A stretch of DNA of 64,000 nt, taken from contig CP051526.1 in assembly GCA_050916045.1 (NCBI GenBank), positions 3,200,001 to 3,264,000 of the forward strand, read 5' to 3'. Positions within the stretch are counted from its first letter, which is position 1, and each line of letters starts with the position of its first letter. The position numbers and the translations under genes were made by a program. The stretch is from Tepidisphaera sp. (GTDB lineage: Bacteria; Planctomycetota; Phycisphaerae; Phycisphaerales; UBA1924). Below, piece after piece: positions 50,260 to 57,550 of the stretch. The notes below the pieces were generated by a model, which did not search any database, had not been told where the DNA came from, and saw only the letters and a program-made list of their open reading frames with translations.

Positions 50260-51387
50260 ATGACACCCTCCCCGCCCAACCCCACGCCTCCCGCGCCCGT
50301 TCCACCCGGTGATCGCACCGTGCAACTTCGCTTTCACGCGGGTGACTTTGAAGGCGGGAACGTTCCGATCGCTGTGCTGGCGCAGAAGCTCCAAGCCCTC
50401 CAATCGTTGCTTTACCACGCCAGTGCTGCGGATTCTGGCACGCGCTCTCCGCGACTTGGCCAGTGGGTCGCCAAACACCGAGACGTGGCGGAACTCGCGT
50501 TCGTCGACTCCGAGCCCGGAAGCCTTGTCATCGACTTCGTGCTCCGCAACGCTGACCCGACGCTGCTCGCGACCCAGGCGCGCACGCTGGGCATCGCGGT
50601 CGCAGCGTTGGTCGCCGGCGCCCAAGGCTCGGTGCCTGAGGATGTTCAGCGCGAGGATGCGACCCACTTGCTCCAGGCCGTGGAAGATCTGTGCCCCTCA
50701 ACGTTTGACGACTATCAGATCGATGTTCGGTTTGGCGGTGCGGATCGGCCAAAGGTTGTGCTTACGAGCGACACCCGACGACTGATCCACGAGCGGATCA
50801 AGGCCGACGAGGCCGCGATGCTGGACGACGAGCCCGATATCACCTACGGCGTTCTGGTTCAGATCAACACCGGAAAGGGTGAAGACAAAATCGTCATCCG
50901 GGCTCCACGCTTTCTGGGCGACGGTGGCGGCATTGAGATCGATTGCTACTACCCCAACTACCTGCGAGACCAAGTTGCCAATATGGTCGGCGGCTCCCTC
51001 GTGGAAGTCATCGGGTTTACCACCCGTGCCTCGGATGGGAACATCAGCAAGTTTCGCGAGGTAATCGCCTTGGAGATGGTTGACACACAGCCGATCCGTT
51101 TGCGAACCCTTGAGCACGACGGCACCCGATTCACATTTGTCAACCCGTTCTCGTTCGACGTCGAGTTCTCCGGCGGGATCTGGGCGTATAGCAACGAGCT
51201 CCTGAACGTCAGCGGATTTGCCGAATCTCGCCAACTCGCGTTGCGAGAGCTGGCTGAGGCGATGTCCTACGTGTGGCGCGAGTTTGCGATGGCGGATGAG
51301 TCCGAGCTTGATGCCAAGGCTATCGAGCTTAAGCGGCGGCTTGTCGCGTCGGTGACCACTGCCCCATTGGCGAGGGGGGTAAGCTGA
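50260..51387 (+). CDS. Uncharacterised three-domain protein with HicB-like C-terminal domain
   Basis: C-terminus WAYSNELLNVSGFAESRQLALRELAEAMSYVWREF resembles the HicB partial RNase H fold; middle region is beta-rich (OB-fold-like); TGATG-coupled to the next gene. Confidence 0.6.
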   Translation: MTPSPPNPTPPAPVPPGDRTVQLRFHAGDFEGGNVPIAVLAQKLQALQSLLYHASAADSGTRSPRLGQWVAKHRDVAELAFVDSEPGSLVIDFVLRNADPTLLATQARTLGIAVAALVAGAQGSVPEDVQREDATHLLQAVEDLCPSTFDDYQIDVRFGGADRPKVVLTSDTRRLIHERIKADEAAMLDDEPDITYGVLVQINTGKGEDKIVIRAPRFLGDGGGIEIDCYYPNYLRDQVANMVGGSLVEVIGFTTRASDGNISKFREVIALEMVDTQPIRLRTLEHDGTRFTFVNPFSFDVEFSGGIWAYSNELLNVSGFAESRQLALRELAEAMSYVWREFAMADESELDAKAIELKRRLVASVTTAPLARGVS

Positions 51388-51707
51388 TGCCGCAGAAGGT
51401 AAAGGACATCCATCATGCCCTCACGTCGAAGGGATTCATCGTCCGCGAGTCCAAAGACAAGATGTACCACTTGTACGTCGAAGGCAAGAAGACGCCGATC
51501 TGGACCAAGGTGAGCCAAGGCGAGACCGAAGTGCATGATGCACTCCTCGGCACGATGGCCCGCAAGCAGCTTCATCTCTCGCGCAAGGACTTTGACCGCC
51601 TGATTGAATGTCCCCTGTCTGCTGCCGAATACGTTACAATGATGCGGAAGGCAGGGAAGATCGCACCACCAGCGGGCAGCAATGAACGAAGCCGAGACCA
51701 GAGCTGA
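51387..51707 (+). CDS. Small basic HicA-like protein
   Basis: alpha-beta-beta-beta-alpha layout: IHHALTSKGF...YHLYVEGKKT..TKVSQG...LLGTMARKQLHLSRKDF; overlaps the hsdR start by 26 bp. Confidence 0.6.
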   Translation: MPQKVKDIHHALTSKGFIVRESKDKMYHLYVEGKKTPIWTKVSQGETEVHDALLGTMARKQLHLSRKDFDRLIECPLSAAEYVTMMRKAGKIAPPAGSNERSRDQS

Positions 51708-54123
51708 GCACATCGACCCCGCCCTCAAAGCGGCGGGGTGGGGTGTCGTCGAGGGGTCCCGCATCGCCCGGGAGCACCCCATCACCCTCGGGCGGCTGGA
51801 AGGTGTCGGCGGGCGGCGGGGCAAGGCGCTCACGGCGGACTATGTCCTCATCTACCGCAACCGCAAGCTGGCGGTGGTGGAGGCCAAGCCGTGGGATGAC
51901 GAGGTCACCGAGGGCGTCGGGCAGGCCAAGAACTACGCGGGCAAACTCGCCGTCCGGTTTACCTACAGCACCAACGGGCAAGGGCTGTACGAGATCGACA
52001 TGCAGACGGGGGCGGAGTCGGAAGTGCCCCACGGCTATCCGACCCCGGACGAACTCTGGGCCCGCACCTTCGCCGTCCCCAATGCGTGGCGGGACCGTTT
52101 CGCGGCCATCCCCTTCCCCGACAAGAGCGGGACATGGTCGATCCGGTTCTATCAAGAAATCGCCGTCAACCGCGTGCTGGAGCGGATCGCCGAGGGCAAC
52201 GACCGGGCACTGCTCACGCTCGCCACCGGCACGGGCAAGACCTCCATCGCCTTCCAGATCGCGTGGAAACTTTTCAGCGCACGCTGGAACCTGCAGGACT
52301 GGAAGAAGAACGCTGACGACAGTGAGCCGCGTCGTCGCCCTCGCATTCTCTTTCTCGCCGACCGTAACACCCTCGCCGGGCAGGCGTACAACGACTTTAC
52401 TTCCTTCGCATCGTTCAAGGACGATGCTCTGGTCCGCATCAAGCCCGACGAGATCCGGAAGAAGGGCCGCGTGCCGACCAACGGCAGCGTCTTTTTCACC
52501 ATCTTCCAGACGTTCATGTGCGGGCCGGAAAAGGTCAACCCCGACGGCTCCAAGTCGCCCAGCCCCTACTTTGGCGACTACCCGCCCGACTTCTTCGACC
52601 TCATCATCATCGACGAGTGTCATCGGGGCGGGGCGAACGACGAGAGCACGTGGCGGGACATTCTGGAGTACTTCAAGCCCGCTGTGCAGTTGGGTCTGAC
52701 GGCCACGCCCAAACGCAAGATCAACACCGACACCTACGCCTACTTCGGCGACCCCGTCTACATCTACTCGCTCAACGACGGGATCAAGGACGGTTTCCTG
52801 ACGCCGTTCAAGGTGCGCCAGATCTCGACCACGCTGGACGAGTACGTGTATGTGCCCGACGACCAGGTGATCGAGGGCGAGGTTGAGGTCGGCAAGCGGT
52901 ACGAAGAGAAGGACTTCAACAGGACCATCGAGATCAAGGCCCGCGAAGAGAAGCGCGTCCGGCTCTTCATGGAGCAGATCGACCAGAAGGAAAAAACGAT
53001 CGTCTTCTGCGCCACGCAGGAGCACGCCCTCGTCGTGCGCGACCTCATCAACCAGATGAAGACCAGCACGGACCCCAACTACTGCCACCGGGTGACGGCG
53101 GCGGACGGCGAACTCGGCGACCAATGGCTCCGGGCCTTCCAGGACAACGAGAAGTTCATCCCAACCATCCTGACCACGTCGCAGAAACTCTCGACGGGTG
53201 TCGACGCCCGCAACATCCGCAATATTGTCCTGATGCGCCCGATCGGCTCGATCATCGAGTTCAAGCAGATCATCGGACGGGGGACGCGGCTCTACGACGG
53301 CAAGGACTATTTCACGATCTACGACTTTGTCAAAGCCCACCACCATTTCAGCGACCCTGAATGGGACGGCGAGCCGATCGAACCGGACCCCGTCAACCCG
53401 TGCGGCAAGTGCGGGCAGACGCCGTGCGTCTGCCAAACCACCCCGCCCGAGCCGTGCGCGGTGTGCGGCTTTCAGCCGTGTCAGTGCGAAAGGGGGCCGT
53501 GCGGAAAGTGCGGCCAGTCACCCTGCCGTTGCCGAAAGAAGGTCAAGGTCAAACTCTCCGACGGCAAGGCGCGCACCATCCAGCACATGAGCGTCACGAC
53601 ATTCTGGCAGCCCAACGGCGCGCCGATGTCCGCCCAGCAATTCATGGAGATGCTGTACGGCAAACTGCCCGAGTTCTTCAAGGACGAGGCCGAGTTGCGT
53701 TCGCTCTGGAGCCAGCCCGACACGCGGGCCAAACTACTCGCGGGTCTATCTGATAAGGGCTTTGGGCGTGAGCAATTGGCCGAGATGCAAAAAATCATCG
53801 ACGCCGAGAAGAGCGACCTCTTCGATGTGCTCGCTCATGTCGCGTACGCATTGACGCCCCTCACTCGCGAAGAGCGCGCGACCCGTGCCCATGCCGCCAT
53901 CGCTGCAGGCTTCACGCCCAAACAGCAATCCTTCCTCGAGTTTGTGCTCGGCGAGTACGTCCGCGTCGGCGTCGAGGAATTGGATACGGATAAACTCTCG
54001 CCACTCCTGAAGTTGAAGTACAACAACGCCATCGCGGACGCTGTCGCGGACCTTGGTCGACCGGAAGAAATCGGCAAGACGTTCTCCGGCTTTCAGAAGC
54101 ACCTGTACGAGCACGTGGCGTAG
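51682..54123 (+). CDS. hsdR: Type I restriction enzyme R subunit (EcoAI-like)
   Basis: Nuclease ADYVL...VVEAK, Walker A ATGTGKT, DECH, GLTATP, QIIGRGTR. Confidence 0.95.
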   Translation: MNEAETRAEHIDPALKAAGWGVVEGSRIAREHPITLGRLEGVGGRRGKALTADYVLIYRNRKLAVVEAKPWDDEVTEGVGQAKNYAGKLAVRFTYSTNGQGLYEIDMQTGAESEVPHGYPTPDELWARTFAVPNAWRDRFAAIPFPDKSGTWSIRFYQEIAVNRVLERIAEGNDRALLTLATGTGKTSIAFQIAWKLFSARWNLQDWKKNADDSEPRRRPRILFLADRNTLAGQAYNDFTSFASFKDDALVRIKPDEIRKKGRVPTNGSVFFTIFQTFMCGPEKVNPDGSKSPSPYFGDYPPDFFDLIIIDECHRGGANDESTWRDILEYFKPAVQLGLTATPKRKINTDTYAYFGDPVYIYSLNDGIKDGFLTPFKVRQISTTLDEYVYVPDDQVIEGEVEVGKRYEEKDFNRTIEIKAREEKRVRLFMEQIDQKEKTIVFCATQEHALVVRDLINQMKTSTDPNYCHRVTAADGELGDQWLRAFQDNEKFIPTILTTSQKLSTGVDARNIRNIVLMRPIGSIIEFKQIIGRGTRLYDGKDYFTIYDFVKAHHHFSDPEWDGEPIEPDPVNPCGKCGQTPCVCQTTPPEPCAVCGFQPCQCERGPCGKCGQSPCRCRKKVKVKLSDGKARTIQHMSVTTFWQPNGAPMSAQQFMEMLYGKLPEFFKDEAELRSLWSQPDTRAKLLAGLSDKGFGREQLAEMQKIIDAEKSDLFDVLAHVAYALTPLTREERATRAHAAIAAGFTPKQQSFLEFVLGEYVRVGVEELDTDKLSPLLKLKYNNAIADAVADLGRPEEIGKTFSGFQKHLYEHVA

Positions 54124-54151
54124 GGCGAGTTTGAGCAACGAAGGTCCCGAG

Positions 54152-54285
54152 CAAAGAAAGCCCACCGGGCAGCCGGGTAGGCCTTCCCGGGTGGGGTTGG
54201 CTCCGACATCGCCAAGCGGCGGGCTTTCGGAGGACGGTTCGCCCGTGCGCTCTTCAAAGCAAGGTCCTGCTCGGGTTATTGGGGG
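54152..54285 (-). ncRNA. Candidate structured RNA element, copy 1
   Basis: Shares conserved blocks with copy 2; stems 54156-54167/54217-54228 and 54232-54267; differences between copies read as G-U or Watson-Crick pairs on the minus strand. Confidence 0.6.
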
Positions 54286-54408
54286 CGGGGTGTCGGCGGG
54301 GGCAGCAGCCGCTCGCCCCGGGGCTCGCTTCGTTCGTTGGTTCTTTTTGGGCGCGGCCGATCGGTTTGGTCCGCGCAGCGCTTTGGTTCCTCGGCAACCA
54401 GACGCCCT

Positions 54409-54550
54409 CAAAGAGAAAGCCCACCGAGCCGTCGGGTAGGCCCTCGCCCGGGTAAAAGGCTCGGGTTCCAACTTCGCCAAGCGGTGGGCTTTCGTAGGAC
54501 CGTTTGCTCGCATACGACCCAAAGCAAGGTCCGGGCCGGGTTATCGGGGG
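54409..54550 (-). ncRNA. Candidate structured RNA element, copy 2
   Basis: Perfect 12-bp stem 54415-54426/54482-54493 and second hairpin 54497-54532; same block order as copy 1. Confidence 0.6.
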
Positions 54551-54620
54551 GGGAGGGCGAGCGGGGTTGGCATGGCTCGCCTGAGGGCTTTGATCCTGTC
54601 GCGAGCAATCCGGCTTGGGG

Positions 54621-54821
54621 CTTGGCGCGGAGTGCGCCAGGCGTGGCGCGCTCTGCGCCAGGGGGCTTTTTCGTCAAACGGGGGCGGGTGAGGTCTGCGC
54701 CACGCGTGGCGCGGGGTGCGCCAGGCGTGGCGCGCTCTGCGCCGGGCGCGGCGCGGGGTGCGCCGGGCGTGGCGCGCTCGGCGCCGGGGCTGGCGCGCTG
54801 TGCGCCACGCGTGGCGCGGGG
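54621..54821. repeat. 21-bp tandem hairpin repeats
   Basis: Consensus TGCGCCRSGCGTGGCGCG(CTC/GGG); six contiguous units at 54696-54821 plus one full and two partial units at 54621-54660. Confidence 0.9.
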
Positions 54822-54900
54822 CTGTTTCGTGTGATTTCGGGGTTGGGGGCGTTTGGCGCGGGGGGATGTGCGTCGGGGGGGGGGGGGCGGGTCAAAAGGC

Positions 54901-54951
54901 ACCCCCTCCGGCTCGCGGACTCGCCACCTCCCCCGCCGGGGGCGGGGGAGG
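54901..54951. repeat. REP-like palindromic element at the 3' end of the citrate synthase gene
   Basis: CCCCCTCCGGCTCGC...CACCTCCCCCGCC-GGG-GGCGGGGGAGG with an 11-bp stem. Confidence 0.6.
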
Positions 54952-54969
54952 CGAGGATGCCGTCCCGCT

Positions 54970-56109
54970 TCAGCGGGACTCGATCGCCGTGTAGCCCACC
55001 GCGTGCGGGCCGGTGTAGTCGGCGTCCGGCCGGAAGAGGCGGTTGTCGCCCAGCTGTTCCAGGCAGTGCGCCGCCCAGCCGCCCACGCGGGCGATCACGA
55101 AGCTCGGCGTAAACAGGTCCAGCGGCAGGCCGATGCAGTGGTACGTCGTCGCCGAGTAGAAGTCGACGTTCGGGTAGATCCCCTTCGCCGCCTTCTCGCG
55201 GTTCATGACCGCTTCGATCGCCGTGCTCTTCTCAAAGAGCGGGAGGTTGCCCGTGTCGCGGGCCAGCTGCTCCGCCAGCACCTTGAGGTGCGTCGCGCGG
55301 GGGTCGTACGCCTTGTAGATCCGGTGGCCGAAGCCGGGGATCTTGTCCTTCTTCGCGAGCTTGTCCTGGATGAACGCTTCGGCCGCGGCGACCGTCGGGA
55401 TCTGGTTGAGCATCTTCATGACGCCCTCGTTGGCGCCGCCGTGGAGGGGCCCTCGGAGGCTTCCGATCGCGCCCGTGATCGCGGAGTAGATGTCGCTCTC
55501 GGTCGAGATGAGGACGCGGGCGGTAAAGGTCGAGTTGTTGAAGCCGTGATCCGCGTGCAAGATCAGGCAGACATCCATCGCCTTGGTCATCGCGGCGGTG
55601 GGCTTGGTGCCGTTGAGCATGTAGAGGAAGTTCTCGGCGAGGCCGAGGGACTTGTCGGGACGGACGAACGCCTTGCCCCCCCCACCCGTGCGGTACTGGT
55701 GGAAGTACGCGAGGAGCGTCGGGACCTGGGCGAGGATGCTGAGGGCTTTGTCGCGGACGCTCGGCAGGTCGATCGCGTTGGGCTTGGCGTCGTGCAGGCC
55801 GAGCGAGCTGACGAGCGTGCGGATGGCGTGCATCGGCTCGGCCGTCTTCGGCATCGTCTTGAGCAGCTCTTCGACGCCCGCGGGGACTTCGTAGCGCGAG
55901 CGGATGGCGGCGGTGAAGTCCGCGAGCTCGGCTTTCTTGGGCAAGCGGCCGTTCCAGAGGAAGAAGACGGTCTCCTCGAAGGTCGAGTGGCTCGCGAGCT
56001 CGCCGATCGGGATGCCGATGTACTCGAGCACACCCTTCTCGCCGTCGATGAACGACAGCTTGGTTTGAGCCGCAACCACGCCTTCGAGACCCTTGGAGAA
56101 CGTCGCCAT
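54970..56109 (-). CDS. Citrate synthase (short, dimeric type)
   Basis: KGLEG, LHADHGFNNSTF, GPLHGGANE, GFGHRIY, PNVDFY; RBS AAAGGGA. Confidence 0.92.
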   Translation of the reverse strand: MATFSKGLEGVVAAQTKLSFIDGEKGVLEYIGIPIGELASHSTFEETVFFLWNGRLPKKAELADFTAAIRSRYEVPAGVEELLKTMPKTAEPMHAIRTLVSSLGLHDAKPNAIDLPSVRDKALSILAQVPTLLAYFHQYRTGGGGKAFVRPDKSLGLAENFLYMLNGTKPTAAMTKAMDVCLILHADHGFNNSTFTARVLISTESDIYSAITGAIGSLRGPLHGGANEGVMKMLNQIPTVAAAEAFIQDKLAKKDKIPGFGHRIYKAYDPRATHLKVLAEQLARDTGNLPLFEKSTAIEAVMNREKAAKGIYPNVDFYSATTYHCIGLPLDLFTPSFVIARVGGWAAHCLEQLGDNRLFRPDADYTGPHAVGYTAIESR

Positions 56110-56163
56110 TGCCATCCCTTTCACGCCGCTCGAACGAGCGGGCCACCGAAAAGACCAGCCAGT

Positions 56164-56223
56164 ACCACCGGCCGGAACCACCAGCGAGAACCACCAGCGA
56201 GAGCCACCAGCGAGAACCACCAG
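56164..56223. repeat. 13-bp tandem repeat upstream of citrate synthase
   Basis: ACCACCAGCGAGA x3 (one A-to-G change) with a degenerate copy before and a partial copy after. Confidence 0.85.
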
Positions 56224-56423
56224 TTCCATCCCCGGCCACCAAGCCGGGCCCCCGCCCCCATACACCCATCCCCACCACCCAACCATCCGAAGCCTGATCG
56301 GCCACAGAACGCAAGGCTAGGGATTGCGCGGGGGAGCGTCAATCGTGCGCGGGGGGTTTTGGGGAGCGGATCCCGGTGGGCTCGCGCCGGCTCGCACCCC
56401 ATCCCCACCCCATACGGTCCCGC

Positions 56424-56939
56424 ATGGCCAAACGACCCGCAACCCCCGCCCTCCACCCCGCCCTCCACCCGACCCGCCACGACCTGCCCGCCTCGGTCCG
56501 GAGCCGGATGGTCGGCGTGCTCAACGGCTGCCTCGCCGAGCTGATCGACCTGGCCACCCACGCCAAGGAAGCCCACTGGAACGTCCGCGGCCCCGCGTTC
56601 ATCGCGATCCACGAGCTCTTTGACAAGGTCGAAGCCACCGCCCAGGCCGCCGTCGATGACGTCGCCGAACGGGCCGTCCAGCTCGGCGGCCGGGCCAACG
56701 GCACCGTCCGCCATGTCGCCCACGCGTCCACGCTCCCGGCGTACCCCGACGGCCTCGTCGATCAGGCCGACCACGCCCGAGCCATCGCCCGCTCGATCGC
56801 CCATGTGACCAAGGAGATCCGGGCCGCCATCGACACCGCCGCGGAGGCCGGGGACCAGGCGACCGCCGACGTCTTCACCGAGCACACCCGGGCTCTCGAC
56901 AAGATCCTCTGGATGGTGGAAGCCCACGACGCGGGCTGA
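56424..56939 (+). CDS. dps: DNA starvation/stationary phase protection protein Dps
   Basis: KEAHWNVRGPAFIAIHELFD, DDVAERAVQLGG, DKILWMVEAH. Confidence 0.95.
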   Translation: MAKRPATPALHPALHPTRHDLPASVRSRMVGVLNGCLAELIDLATHAKEAHWNVRGPAFIAIHELFDKVEATAQAAVDDVAERAVQLGGRANGTVRHVAHASTLPAYPDGLVDQADHARAIARSIAHVTKEIRAAIDTAAEAGDQATADVFTEHTRALDKILWMVEAHDAG

Positions 56940-56977
56940 ACGGGCTGCGGCTCAAGCTCGGGCCGCGCACGAAGCCG

Positions 56978-57427
56978 TCACTTCGGCCGGGCCACCCGCC
57001 ACACGCACGCCGCCCCCACCACGCCCGCCATCGCAACCACGCCGACGACCCAGAGCGGCCGCTCGCGGGCGACCAGCAGCACGCAGCTCGCCCCCACGCA
57101 GGCGACGAGCACCGCAAGCGTGATGATCCGCGCCCGCATCGGCATCACCGCTCCGGGCTCGAGATACTGAAGGAAGGGCGCGAAGAACCGGTTGCGGACA
57201 AGCTTCTGCTCAAGCCAAGGGCAGCTCCGCGTGAAGCACCAGCACGCCGCGATCAGAAAGACAGTCGTCGGCATCCCCGGAACCACCACGCCCACCGCCG
57301 CCATCCCCACGCAAAGCACGCCCGCCACCGCGACCGCCCACCGCAATGCCGATCGCGGCGGATGCCCCGCGTGCGCAGCCACGCTTCCCGCGTGGTCAGC
57401 GTCGGCAGCACCATGGGTTGGGGTCAT
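56978..57427 (-). CDS. YbaN/DUF454 family inner membrane protein
   Basis: GVVVPGMPTTVFLIAACWCFTRSCP. Confidence 0.85.
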   Translation of the reverse strand: MTPTHGAADADHAGSVAAHAGHPPRSALRWAVAVAGVLCVGMAAVGVVVPGMPTTVFLIAACWCFTRSCPWLEQKLVRNRFFAPFLQYLEPGAVMPMRARIITLAVLVACVGASCVLLVARERPLWVVGVVAMAGVVGAACVWRVARPK

Positions 57428-57550
57428 AATCCCGTCCGCGCTCGTAAAAGCATCGGACGGGTTGGAGGGGATCACCGTTGAACGCTGCGGGCCCAGGAGC
57501 GGACCAAGGGGCCGAAGCGGAAGCTCGCGTGAAGAACGTGAAGTCGAGGG

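Noticed and set aside
54152..54550. Structured elements as ZMP/ZTP riboswitch or hammerhead ribozyme
   Set aside because: TGGCGA is present, but the ZTP pseudoknot partner (CGCCTGGG) and a downstream gene are absent; no CTGANGA hammerhead core.
54621..54821. 21-bp repeats as CRISPR or as protein (ORFs 54337..54834, 54408..54902)
   Set aside because: No spacers. The ORFs are open on both strands simply because of the repeat, lack RBS support and overlap the structured elements.
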